This document shows positions 11,796-24,859 of a stretch of 64,000 bases of DNA, piece by piece. The notes beneath the pieces are model-generated. The model searched no databases, had not been told where the DNA came from, and saw only the letters and a list, made by a program, of their open reading frames with translations. Each line of letters begins with the position of its first letter. Position 1 is the stretch's first letter. The DNA is from Octopus vulgaris (lineage: Eukaryota): NCBI GenBank assembly GCA_951406725.2, contig OX597839.1, positions 32,178,001 through 32,242,000 on the forward strand, in the 5' to 3' direction. The position numbers and the translations under genes were made by a program.

Positions 11796-12472
11796 TATGT
11801 GTATATACTTTTCCATTCTTCCTGAGTGTCAAACTAATATGCTTGTTGTTCCATCACCTGTCTTCATCTTTTGTTTTCTGTAAATTTGAACTATATATAT
11901 CATCATCATCATCGTTTAACATCCATTTTCCATGCTAGCATGGGTTGGACTGTTCGACCGGGGTCTGGGAAGCCAGATTGCTGCACCAGGCTCCAGTCTG
12001 ATCTAGCAGTGTTTCTACAGCTGGATGCCCTTCCTAATGCCAACCACTTTGTGAGTGTAGTGGGTGCTTTTTACGTGCCACCGGCACAGGTGCCTGGGGA
12101 GGCTGGCAATGGCCACGATCAGTTGATGCTTTTTACGTGCCACTGGCACAGAAGCTAGTCAAGGTGGCGCTGGCATCGGTCACGTACGGATGGTGCTTTT
12201 AACGTGCCACCGGCACCATATATATATATATATATATACATACACACACACACATACATACATGTATATATACACATATACACAAAATGAAATAGTAAAG
12301 CACAATATGTTGTTGTGATAGTAAATTAGCCACTGTTGAAGCCATTTAGTAGAAGTGTGTGTTATACAAGGTGCTGTAAGGTTTGAAGATGTTTTAAGAT
12401 GTATCAGAGAATCCCAAATCGAGATGTGTGTTGTTATTCATAATAACATCTATGCTGTTGCTATTATTGCAG

Positions 12473-12630
12473 ACATCATATTACCGGAAAGAAGAAGATT
12501 GAAGACAGTGGACAAGGTCCCTCAGCTGCCATCCAACCAACGTCCACCAAAGATGCCAAGACGCAACTATTTAATGAGAGGACCGGAATTGGTTCATAAC
12601 AAACTCCAGTACGGTGACTTTGGCATTCAG
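12473..12630 (+). CDS. MRPL16: MRPL16 exon 3
   Basis: IILPERRRLKTVDKVPQLPSNQRPPKMPRRNYLMRGPELVHNKLQYGDFGIQ; CAG|GTAAGC donor. Confidence 0.9.
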
Positions 12631-13641
12631 GTAAGCTTTTGTTTTATTTATTTATTTACCTATAGTTATTGTCATTAGCAAAATATAACACTTAAATATA
12701 AATATTTAGTTTTCTAGCTGTATTCCTGCATTAAATATATTTACGCTGAATATAATACATAAAAAATTAATTGGTGACAGAAGCAATTGTAATACCAAAA
12801 GGTAATATTTATCTGCACTTAAAAGAGGGTGTCGTATTAGAACATGGAATACTGCAATAGTTGGCATGAGAGAACCTCTTTCATGGAATTGGAATGCACA
12901 TAAGCACTTGTGTGTTTATTGTTGGTGGGAAATAATCAGGGGTAGCAGATGATTATCTCCTGCTAACAATATAAACACAAGTGCATACCAGAGGTTCTCT
13001 CGTGTTTAACTAATGCAGTATACTGCGTTCTAACACAACATCCACTTCAGGTGGGGATAAATAATACAGAAACCATTTTAATTCCTAAATTGTCTCAGGG
13101 TTATTAATAATTAAATTTTCATGTTTAATTAAAATCACGATTGAAATGTGAGTTACTGCACAAAACACTTTGGTCAGTCGATTCCACTATAACCATCATC
13201 ATTTTACATCTTCATGACCTTGCTAGTGTGGGTTGGATGAGTTTTTGTAAGGCAGTGTTAAATGACTGGATGCTTTGCTTTGTGCCAACCTTTTTCCGTT
13301 ACTCCTTATGACGTACAGGGACCTGGTGTACCTATTTTAAAACTAGGAAACACTTGGTAAATATTTTGCCACATGTATGTGTTAGAGGTATTTAATTAAA
13401 CTCATGCAAGACTTTGAATTATTTTGGGAATTAATTAAAACCCCTAATCAGTTTATTCATTATAAATACAATCAGGAAAGAGTTGAATGACATCAGGCGT
13501 GAGACAAGATCTCCTTATTTAAAGAGTGGTTAAAGCTTCTTCTACAAAAACTTGTAGCATGGAACAGCACTAGGTGTTATGTTTTAGCTCAGAGAAACTT
13601 ATGTGTTAAAAACTAGAGGGCTTCACTCAGAAAACTGGTGG

Positions 13642-13690
13642 ATCACCAGACACCTGTGTTTCAACCTGATTCAGTCTCCTCAGTGACAAT
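13642..13690 (-). ncRNA. Minimal type-I hammerhead ribozyme
   Basis: ATTGTCA-CTGAGGA-GACTGAATCAGGTT-GAAA-CACAGGTG-TC-TGGTGAT: intact CUGANGA/GAAA core, GUC cleavage triplet, and stems I-III can pair. Confidence 0.65.
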
Positions 13691-14007
13691 ACCTCGAGCA
13701 TTCTGAGCTAAACTGAAAATGATTAATTTAGAAATTAGCTTGGCTGTATGGTTAAGAAGCTTACTTCCCAACCATGTAGTTTTGGGTTCAATCCCACTGC
13801 ATGGCACCTTGGGCAAGTATCTTCTACTATAGCCCAGGGCTGACTAAAGCCTTGTGGATGGATTTGTTAGACAGAGACTGAAAGAAGCCCATCATATATA
13901 TATATATACAGTAATCCCTCATCATATCACAGTTTATTATTTAAGCTTATGTTGATTCCTCTGTGGTGTTGTTTTGTATTTATAATAGAATGAATACATA
14001 CAAATTA

Positions 14008-15150
14008 TTAACCCCTACGCCATATGGGCAATTATGGAGTGAATTTTAGGGCTTATAAATCTAATATTTTCCTATCCTTCCTTAATACCAGTTCCCATAT
14101 GCTATTCATATCTGCACTTGGTCTGCTTAGGAGGTTGTTATGTCATAACATGCACCAAGTATGGATTCAGGACATCCGTATACCACAAGCTGACCTTCAC
14201 TGGACGATACCTCAACTTCAATTCCCACCATCCATACGGTGTAAAGAGAGGGATTGCTCAGGGCCTAAAACATTGAGCAAAGAATATAAGTAGCGATTGT
14301 GATACACACCACAAAGAAATGATCAAGCTTAATAAGGATCTGTTAAGCAACAACTACCCCCAAAACATACTATCCACTCCAATTATGAAGAATAGAGAGG
14401 ATGAGGCCAATAAACTGTCCACAGTCTGTCTACCCTATGTGAAAGGCCTCTCCGAAAAGATACAAAAGATATGCGGCCCATATGACATCAGGACAGTATT
14501 CAAGAGGAATACAACACTTTGCAAATATCTCCTTCGAGAAAAACCACCAATAGAAGAGAATATTACCAAAGACTGCGTGTACTCCATCCCATGCAGCTGT
14601 GGTAGGTTATACAAAGGCGAGACATGTTGCTCCCTCAAAATAAGGGTAGACGAACATCGCAAAGCTGTGACACGAGGAGATATTGATAAATCAGGTATTG
14701 CTGATCATGTATGGAAAAATGGAGACCACCTCCCCCTGTGGGATGAAGTTAAAATAATAGAGAACACCACTGGAAAATACGAAAACTAAAAGAAGCAGCA
14801 CATATTCTAGGACATAACAACCTCCTAAGCAGACCGGGTGCGGATATGAACAGCATATGGGAACCGGTATTAAGGAAGGATAGGAAAATATTAGATTTAT
14901 AAGCCCTAAAAATTCATTCCATAATTGCCTACAGGCATATGGTGTAGTGGTTAAGAGCAGGGGCTACCAACCCCAAGATTCTGAGTTCGATTCCAGGCAG
15001 TGACCGGAATAATAGTAATAATAACATCGAAAAATACCTTAGGAATAAGAACCCAGGTTCGAAATTTCCCCAAGACACTTGATGAAGGCTGGAGGGTATA
15101 TCAGCTGAAACAAACAAGAGGAGGACAAATATCCATTTAAGTAAGTAATG
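14008..15150 (+). mobile_element. 5'-truncated Penelope-like retroelement (RT thumb + GIY-YIG endonuclease) with inverted pseudo-LTR
   Basis: GFRTSVYHKLTFTGRYLNFNSHHP (RT C-terminus) is in frame, across one TGA, with LPYVKGLSEKI...VYSIPCSCGRLYKGET...RVDEH...IADH (GIY-YIG). 14008-14144 is the reverse complement of 14811-14954. Confidence 0.9.
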
Positions 15151-15517
15151 TGAATACGAAAGGGTTATACACACATATGTATTATGCCTTTAGCATTTAA
15201 ACCCATCATATTCAGGGTCCAAATATTCTACTTCTTTAATGTTCAAACCATCCAGATTTGGCCTCTTACACCTACCCTGCAATGTCATTCTAATGATAAA
15301 CAATCACATCACTGAAATCTCAAAGCTATGAGATAATGCAGGATTAATTAACAATGGGAATTAATCAGGATTACATTTGACAGAATAATCTGAATGCTAA
15401 TGGGTTAAGATTTCAGTAATGAACTATTTTTTAAATATAAATTAGCCCCTATCTCCCTTTTTTTCTTTCTTTCTTTCTTTTGGTTATGTATTTTTAATTG
15501 CTTTCTGTTGTGTCCAG

Positions 15518-15976
15518 GCATTGACCGGTGGCCGAATGAGATGGGGTCATTACGAAGTGTTGCGACTGGGCATTCTCCGGAAATTTGACGAAAGTCGAAT
15601 GTTTGCTGTGTGGCGGATTGACCCTCCGTGGAAACCAATGACCAAGAAGGGACAAGGCCATCGTATGGGGGGTGGCAAGGGCTCGATATCCCATTACGTT
15701 ACCCCGGTGCGTGCCGGGCGTATCATCATCGAAGTTGGTGGCAAGTGCGAGTTCTCAGACGTGAAAGGCTTTTTGTCGAATTTGGCGCATCTGATGCCGT
15801 TCCCAGCCAGAGCCGTTTCCAAGCAAATGCTGGAAGAAGAAAGACAACAAGAAATTGAAAAAGAAGAAAGAAACGTGAACCCTTTTAGTTTTGAATATTG
15901 TGTGAAAAATAACATTTATGGTTGTCGAGCGAATTTATCCAAATATGCAATGTTGTGGTACGGAAAATACAGGTGA
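15518..15976 (+). CDS. MRPL16: MRPL16 exon 4
   Basis: ALTGGRMRWGHYEVLR...MFAVWRIDPPWKPMTKKGQGHRMGGGKGSISHYVTPVRAGRIIIEVGG carries the uL16 signature. Joined CDS is 756 nt (251 aa). Confidence 0.95.
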   Translation, partial: ALTGGRMRWGHYEVLRLGILRKFDESRMFAVWRIDPPWKPMTKKGQGHRMGGGKGSISHYVTPVRAGRIIIEVGGKCEFSDVKGFLSNLAHLMPFPARAVSKQMLEEERQQEIEKEERNVNPFSFEYCVKNNIYGCRANLSKYAMLWYGKYR

Positions 15977-18617
15977 TTCGTTTGCTATAAAATCTTTCAA
16001 AACCTTAATTACAATTTCCAAATGTTGTTTTATTTTTTTCTTGTTTTATTTAATGTTTTGCTGTAATTTGTTTGGGTTGTTTTTAAATTGCAGAGGAATG
16101 TGCAGTGTTACGTATAATCATCATCATTTAATGTCCCAGGAGTTAGTAAGGCCGGGAACCGCATCGGGCTCCATTGTCAGCTTTGATGTGATCTCTACAA
16201 CTGGATGCCCTTCCTTAACCCTTTCCAACCACTTTACGGGGTGTGCTGGGTGCTTTTTACGAGGCACCCACACCAACAGGGTCACTGAGTAACTTGCAAG
16301 ACAAAGACACCCACCCCCCGCTTCGTCAACTGGGAGGAGGGAGACTGGCTTTGTGCCAGTTGATGAGAGCTTTGAGGGAAAGTTTGCTGTTATCATTCTT
16401 TCTTCCAGCATCTTGGTTCACCCTCACTCCCTGCCTGCCAGTCCAGAACACCTCACACCTCCCATTCTTCTGCTGCTGGACATTGGTAAATTCTTCACTA
16501 TATACGCTTCTCTTGTAGCAACATAGTATTCCTCTCTGTTGCCTTCCCAGGCCTGTCTTTTAATTTTCTGGACCTGTCCATCTCACTGGTGCACTGCTTC
16601 TCGTTTGTAGCTTTCGGCAGATTATCTTGTGCAAACTTCTAGTTGACCTCAAAATTACAGGTCTCTGCCCCCTCCTTTTCCTTAAAATGCATCATCTCAA
16701 ATGGAGGACCTTTAGCATCTAAACTGGCCATATCCGACCAAAATATTCTACCTGTTTTAAGTTCAAACTGGTCAGATCCAGCCTCTTACACCTACCCTGC
16801 AATATCATACTAAAAGTGCCCAATCACACACTTCAAAGTCTCAAAGCTATGAGATAATGCAGGATTAATTGAAAGCAAGGTGAATAAGTGCTACATTTTA
16901 ATATCATCTTCATCATTATTTAACGTCTGTTGTCTTGTGCTGGCATGGGTTGGACGGTTTGACCAGGGCTAGGCTGCACCAGACTCCAGTGTGATTTGGC
17001 ACGGTTTTCTATGGCTGGATGCCCTTCCTAATGCCAACCACTCTGAGAGTGTAATGGGTGCCATTTGCATGACACCGGTATCTGCCACGACTGCAATTTT
17101 GCTCAGCTTGAGGGACCTATTTCTCAAGTATGATGTAATACCAAAGGTCTCAGTCATTGCCCCAAAAGGAATTCAGCCGCTGGTTATGATATTCTTCTTG
17201 TCATGACTCTTAAGACAAGTCATCTTGTTGACATGTACCTCATTATAAGCCTGTGGTTAAATTAACAAACTAATTAAATATTCATTATAATCATTTGTAG
17301 CTTTTCAATGCTCCTTACTCTAAATGTCAATGCTAACTTATTAAATATTATTGTTTTTCATGTGGATCCATGTTGGAATTAATATCTGACCAATTCTATT
17401 TTCCTCTTGTTGACCAATTTGTAAGTTTCCCCAAGTCTCTCATTGTTATTGTATCAAGAAGTCTATACTACATTAGTGAGGTCAGAATAAGGCAGAAACA
17501 TAGTCTTCAATATTTGATGAAGTAATTAGAAAAATATTAGTCATTGATTAATATAATTTTTTTCTTTATTTCATAATTCTAATTAGGTTTTTCTCATTAG
17601 CCGCTCCATATTCATTACGTTTTCCCCTTCTTTCATGGTTTGAATAGGTTTTCAAATGTCGTACAACATCTCACCAATTGTTGTCATTTCCTTCTTGGGG
17701 TCAAACTTTCTACCAATCCTGTCCACGTTTCTACCTTCCACTTCTTCACCCAGTGGTCATCCTCCAGACAGACTCAGTCTTCTCCCTTGCATCTCACATC
17801 ATATTTCCTCTTCAACCATTTTCTTCACATCATCCCATTTGTCTGCCATCAGGGTCCACATAGGATTTTGCTTTTAGAATTCAACTGTAATAAATCCCTT
17901 ATGCTTCTACAATACACAAAATATTCGAATCCTTTTTATGCAATTCTTTGTTTGATTATAAAAATAAGATGTTTTTTCTCTTAAAAATACATTGAATGGT
18001 TTATGAGGGTCCACTAGAATAAATTAGGAACCAGATGGGTCATTAGGTTAAAAAAAAAAAGGGTCGAGAACCACTGATGTACAATAACAGTAGACATCCA
18101 GCACAGCATGCTTGCCTCCTCCTCTCCACCCTAGCCTTCATATTTTCAAGCTCCATCTGGGAGTTCCCTTTTTGGTTCCGACATTTACATCTTTCTGTGG
18201 TCATTGCTTTTGGAACATAGTTTTCTACTCTAGGCACAAGGCCTGAAATTTTGGGGAAGGGGGCCATTTGGTTAGATCGACCCTAGTATGCAACTGGTAC
18301 TTAATTTATCGATCTCGAAAGGATGAAAGGCAAGGTCGACCTCGACAGAATTTGAACTCAGAATGACCATTCTGCCAGCTTGCCACAATACCAGTTTGTC
18401 CCTGGTATTGCTTGACAACTGGTGTTGGTTTGTTCACATCCCTGTAACAGTTCAGCAAGAGGCTGATAGGGTAAGTATCAAACTTTAAAGAAAAAAAGTC
18501 CTGGGGTCAATTTATTCGACTAAATAAACCCTTCAAAGCACCGCCTCGGTTAATTGGCTGAAAGATAAGAGAAAGGGGGAAATTCAAGAAGGAATAATTA
18601 AAAAATACCCTTCACAC

Positions 18618-18744
18618 CCCTCCTGCACAAGTTTATCCGATTTTTGACACTTTAGAGACATCAGATCATTTTCATCTTGGCATTAGATTCATAAGATCTG
18701 ATGTCTCTAAAGTGTCAAAAATCGGATAAACTTGTGCAGGAGGG
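18618..18744. repeat. Perfect 50-bp inverted repeat with 27-nt loop
   Basis: 18618-18667 is the exact reverse complement of 18695-18744. Confidence 0.92.
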
Positions 18745-21125
18745 TAAAAGGATATTAAAAAAAATTTTTTTTTTTTTTTTTTTAATAACTCCATATTTAT
18801 TTGTTGGTATGTGAAAATATATAAAATGAGTAATGCAGGTTCAATATTCAGAGGAATATTTAAAATTTGGATTTATACCCACTTTCCACCCTGTTGATTT
18901 CCACACTTTTTTTTTTTCATATTCATTTTCCTACACATTTTGTTTACGTCTGTTGCACTATTTCTTTTATTTTGTTTCTGGGTAATATTGTAAACATTGA
19001 ATAACAAATGCAGGATGTAAAAGTCACACAAACAGATACACGATAGGCTTCTCTACAGTTTCCATTTCTCCATCTCACAAGGCATTGGTCAGCCCACGGT
19101 TTTCGTAGAAGTCTTCTGCTATGCAGCAGGACAACCATACGATTACACGGCCAAACTTGCACCTATTTGTTTAGGGATCAGTCAGAGGGGAAGGGGCCTA
19201 AAACGGGCTAGCAATGCCCAGGACTGTTGCAGGGTCTTTCAGAATGGTGGTGCAAAAGAAAGGACCTTTTGGCTCTGAGGTGAGAGGCGTTATCGGACTG
19301 GAGAAGAGGTCCGGCTGCATGCAACAAAGTTAGACATTGCTAAAGCACACACATAGTTACAAGTCACTTGCAGGGCTTCAGTACAGTTTCTGTCAACCCA
19401 AAAGACTTGGTTTGTTTGAGGTGAAACAGTCCAAAGTGCTGAGCAGCAGTGGAACTGAACCCAGAACCATGGAATTATGAAACAAATTTGTTCACCACAA
19501 AAAAAGTTAACAAGACAAATACAAAACAAAAACAAAAAATCCAATAAGATGTTTGACACATAAAACAAAACAAAACAAAAAGAATTTCCTCAATTACTTT
19601 TATGTTCAGTTTTCTAAACTGGCATGGATGGAACTGTGTATGTGTAGTAAGTATTTATATATATATATGTAGTCTTTTGTATGTTTATCAATGTCTGGTT
19701 AAGTTTATGATTGTGCAAGTAGCAATGAATGTATGTTGAGGCATGCATGCGAGTCCTGTCGGTCAGTTTCTCACTGTCCTCTATTGTGGTTTTGCCTCCA
19801 GGGTCTGCTGGGTTTAAAGTGTTCGACAATAAACTCAGACAAGACTTGGAAACATTCGATAGAATAAAAATAATGATAACAAAAAGAAAAGAAAAGAAAA
19901 TACATTCAGAAACTAAAAGATGCCAGAGACGAGAGAGATTATTTCTAAGACTTTTGAAAAGATGTTTAGATACAAAGATGAGCAGCAAAATAATATCCTG
20001 AGACAAAAGCTTAACTATTCCCATCAGTGGTTCTCAACCTTAGGGGTCCACATAAGATTCTGTTGCTAAAATCTAGGCACAATATGTTCTGGTTATAATA
20101 CTTCTGTCAGACACAAAGTATTTTAACAATATTTTCCCCCTAAAATTCCTAAAGTTATTTAATTCTAAAAACATAATAGGATGTTTTTTTTAAAGCGTTG
20201 AATGGGTGTGGAGTTCGGGTAGAGCAAGACAGGAATGCAAGGTGGGGAGTGTCCATAGGTGAAAAAATTGGCTGAGAACCACTGATTCACAGTGAAGAAG
20301 CTGGAAGAATTGGTGAACGGGAAAACAAATAAAATTAAACGCTTTGATATATTTTTGAAAAGTATCTTCCTTTTATTGACTGTTTGTTTGTAAATGTCCC
20401 CCTTTTTAATAAAAAAAAAAATAAACAAACAGGAAAAAAAAACACCTTTGGTTTGTTGTTTGGGGTAGATTTTTTTCTTTTTTTTTCAAGAAAATACTTC
20501 AATTGTGATATTTCTTGAATCCTAAAATGATAAATCTCTCTTAAAGTGTCCAAGTCCACCATGGAGAATATTATTTCAAGGATTGGTAATGGCTAGCAGC
20601 AAGAATTATGGGATTTTCCTTTTTTTTTTTTTTTCCAGTTTAGAATTTATGTACAACTGTTACTAAAACTAGATTCTCTTAGGTGAATGAGTTTTTTTTT
20701 TTTTTAAAGATTTTTTTTTCTTGAATTTCACATTTTAACCCCCATTTTTTGGTATTTTTTTCATATTTTTCCACTTTTTAATAAAGTAATAAAATGTATT
20801 AATGCTAGAACGGTGTTCTAAATCCGATAATCCATGGGTGTTGAAGAAAAAAACAAAAGAAAAATAAAAGAACAAAAAAAAAACTGTAAAATTTTAACAA
20901 AAACAGGCTTCAAGGAAAATGTTATATAGAAAGCAGCCACTAAATGGTAATGTTGGAGTTGTTCTTCTCTTTGACTTTGGTCTTTCTTCAGTTCTTCCTT
21001 TCCTCAGATTTCCAATGCTTTTATAATTATTATTTTTTTGTTTTGTTCTTTGGAATTCAACACAAATTTCTGGGCAAAGAGACAAATAAATAAAGTGATT
21101 ATTATTGTTATTATTATTATTATCA

Positions 21126-23127
21126 TTATATTCGCATATAAGCTATTTTCTCATCAGGATGGTGCTGCTTGATGTGAGGTTCAACTTCAAAACTATCCAA
21201 AGGAACATTGTCCGGGCAATAAGGACATTTGTAGATCTGCGAATGTCTGAAGCTGTGATGGGTCTTCAGTGCTGCCCGATATGTGGTCTTGAAGTTGCAT
21301 TTGTCGCACTTGTAGATCTCCTTGCTGTATCGGTCTTCAGACGAGTGTACAGCCTTGCTCAACGAGTGGGCAGAGGGGAACTCCGAAGTCTGTATGGGGG
21401 GGCCAATGGGGACGGGGCTGGGGTATGCATTTGGTGAAGATGAAAGGTAGGAGCTCAGCTGAGAGGATGATGGACTCAAGTTAAACACTTTGAATGCGTC
21501 TGGAGGTATGTCGTCAGGGTCTGAGGTACCCGTTGAGGATAAGTCCAAAGGAAGTACCCCCTGTGCTGCCTGCAGGGAGACAGGCACCACCTGGTCGTTA
21601 TGAAGAGAGGCAGTATCCGTTGTCAAGTACATCTCTTGTTCTTTTTCTTTTTTAATCACTTTGATGCCAAAAGTTGGAGGTGGGGTGAGGTCTGAGGAGG
21701 CATGGTCGGCTGCTGACCGGGCGGCTAACTCCGACAAGTGCTGGCTGGCTGTCCGAGACGGACTACTTATTGGCCGTTTCAGTCCCTTTAAGCCCAACGA
21801 TACGGATTTAGAAATGGTAATGGGTTCGGAAACGCTCGTTTCCGAATCCTCTTCTACAACTGTATCCATTGGGCCGTCGTCTTCTTCTACACTTTCGCAG
21901 TCCATATCTAAAGTTCCGTCCCCTGAGGGATCTGTGCTGCTGTTGTTCTCTGACAGAGGTAGTAGTTTCGGTGTGCGTTCTGGATGATCGATAACAATTG
22001 GAGGGTTGCCCTGGTTCTCCTGGTGTGCAGCATTAGCAACTATCATCATTGGTTGGACAGCACCGGAAGGAGTTGTCGACGAAGATGAAGATGACGAAGA
22101 CGCAATTGCTCGGGCTTGTAACATGTTCCGCAGTAAAATGGTCTGAGAGCGAGGTGGTCGACCCCGACTCCGGCCTCGAGCACTCAACGGCCCTAACGAC
22201 GATGTCGACACAGAAGTCGGCGACTTGAGGTCGGAATCTTTCAAAATAACCACGTCGTCGTCGTCTTTCCGAGCTATTTTCGGTTCAGGCGGCTTCGGTG
22301 GACTAGGAGCAGGAGATGGAGGTAAGACTGGCTCGACCATAAGGCCACCAGATGAGGTGTTGCGGTTAGGCTTGCCATCACAGATAAATGCAAACACCAC
22401 TTCGCTACTGACGTCTTTGTCGTGGCAGTTGGTTATGTGTTCGCGGGCTGGTTTAGAGGTACTGGAATTAAAATCAGTGCAGTACGGACAGTGGTAGGAC
22501 AGTTTTTTATCGTGCACACGGTTGGAATGCAAGAAAAGAGAGATGCCATCAGGATACTCTTGGCTACACACTCGACATTTGTAATGGGACAATTTGCCGA
22601 CAAGCTTCTCTTTGTAGCGGGTCTGTTGATTCTTTTCAATGTTAGCTATGTACTTGGTGATGTAGACTGGGTCAAGGAAGAATGAAAGAGGCACACCTCC
22701 GTCACATTCGGGATGAGCGATACCAATATGTTTATAGATGTCAGCCTCCTTCTCCCCCTTGAATGTACAGTAGGGACAGGTGTACATGCAGAAAGCAGAA
22801 TGGGAATTGATAATGTGGTCCTGCATCTGGCTGAGGAATTTCGCTTCACAACCACATTTCTTGCACATGTAAATGGAACGGCCAATAAGCGGATCGTCGT
22901 CACCGGGGTACTTACACTTGCGGTTCGAACTGGAGCTGGCATATTTTAAAGACATTGTTTTGGCATTCAACAAAACGGGAACGGCAAAACCCTCAGGGGG
23001 TATTATACAGTTATTGTTTGTACCGGTTCCTGGACGCCGAGTTGGACCAGAAATGCGGCCACTATGAAGACTTACAACATTCACTATTTTCAGGCCCATA
23101 TCCGTCCCAGGACTGTTCGATGGTCCA
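21126..23127 (-). CDS. C2H2 zinc-finger protein, terminal coding exon B
   Basis: TTCTTGCAG acceptor, phase matches exon A (GG|T). Encodes six C2H2 fingers, an RGRP AT-hook and PLDLS; stop at 21126. Joined protein about 1468 aa. Confidence 0.88.
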
Positions 23128-24859
23128 CTGCAAGAAAAAAAAATAAGACAGTTTATTCCTTTGATTAGGGAAAGTAATTAATTAATAGCATCAACTGCTC
23201 GTCTATTTTCAAATAACATTTCAGAGAACCAGAAACATCAAAGTTGGAGCAGAAATAAAAATAGTGATTTTAATAATTTAAATGAATTTATATATTCTTA
23301 AATCGTAAATTAATAAAACTGAGATGCTGTGTCACAAAGCGTAGTTATAACAAAGAGGATTATACATTCATTGCTCTATAACATAGAATATAGTGTCTAT
23401 ACACACACACACAAGTTTCTTTATTAGCACATCTAGACTACCAATTCCACAGACAGGTGGCTGATGAACAGTCTAAGCTCAGGATGGAGGTATATCTGCC
23501 TATAAAGGATTGTTCTACTAAAATGAAATACTTTTTATCATAAATCAACTCCCAACTCTCACAAACATGTTTATTCGAATGTTTCCCTTTAAACAACCTT
23601 CACTATGGAACAAAATCAAGGACACAAGGGAAATCTTTCACATTAAGGTCACAGAAAACTAAAAATTGAGAAACATTCATAAAACGTGCGGAATTTCCAT
23701 GAATTCCTGCTGGGATATAATGGAGGGGGGAGAGGGTAATTAATTCATTTAACGAAACAGAGATAGAACTCAGTCCACTGAGCAAAAACACTAAACATAT
23801 ATACATGTCGATATATGCAATTTCTCCCAAACTAGGGACATTACTATGCCCTGTCTGTGCTGCGTCCATCAATTCACCAACCACATCACAAGGTGTACCA
23901 TAAATATGTCTTGGATCAGGGTCCAGCAAGGAACCCTATTAGTATCAATGGTACAATAAAATTGTTGGCAGCAGGAAGAGCACCCAGTTGTAAACTCCCT
24001 TCCCCATGGAATGAATGAAGAAAGCACAGTCCCTGCAAGGGTGGAAGCTTGTCTAGGAGAAGAGTAACTGAGATAAGGTCAAAAAAGGGGACTCTTTAGT
24101 CCTGCTGTAGTCAACCTTCCTAGAGCCGGAATGAAGTCCAGATGCTGTAAAGTGGTTGGCCAAAGGAAGAGCAACTGGTCGTAAAAGGAGAATCAGGACA
24201 TTCACCACTGAGTCTAATTTTGGCACAAGGCCAGCAATTCTGAGGGTGAAGGAAGTTGATTGCATTAGCCTTAACCGAAGTACTCAAGTGGTACTTTATT
24301 TTTATCTCACTCGAAAGGATGATAACAAAGTTGACCTCAGTGAAATTGGAGCTGAGCACAGAAAACAGCCGAAGCCTTTTTGTCTGACGACCTTTCTACT
24401 GACTCACTGTCCCTCGAGATCGGGTTTTCTGTTGGTTGTGTCAGATGACAATGTGACTGGAGACATTGTGGAACCAGCCGAAGCCATGACAACAGGAAAG
24501 AACACAAGACAAGAGGAGGAGGAGGAGGACGACGACAACAGTGCTTCAAGTGACATCAACTTGAAGTTAACCACACTCGTGGCATTAGCACAAATAGAGA
24601 AAAGAGGGCTTTTGTGTGTTGAAAGGATTTCTTATTTACGGAGATTAGACACTAAAAATTTGCAAATAAACGAATTTGAACAGCAATTATTGATGTTTTC
24701 TACGAATAAAGTTCAGAGAGAAGAGAACCAACTTTGGTCTAAGAACATCATTTTTAATTAATAAACAGAGATTTGTAAAGAAAATTTTATCCAATTTCCA
24801 TAAATGTAAATGGATCAACTGAATTAGCATTTTAGTGACTGAGTTTTTCTTTTTTTTTT

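Noticed and set aside
11375-11883. Recurring ORFs such as MSSNARGTNT... and ...YQIHSQGIGRPG... (also at 10124, 33640, 39483, 46847, 57066)
   Set aside because: Translations of SINE family A copies, not a gene family.
14934-15005. Functional tRNA-Gly(ACC) gene
   Set aside because: Acceptor and T stems pair poorly, and it is embedded in a retroelement terminal repeat.
24156-24761. 201-aa plus-strand ORF with an acidic run
   Set aside because: Starts within SINE-derived sequence, has no recognisable domain and is antisense within an intron; the acidic run comes from a GAG microsatellite.
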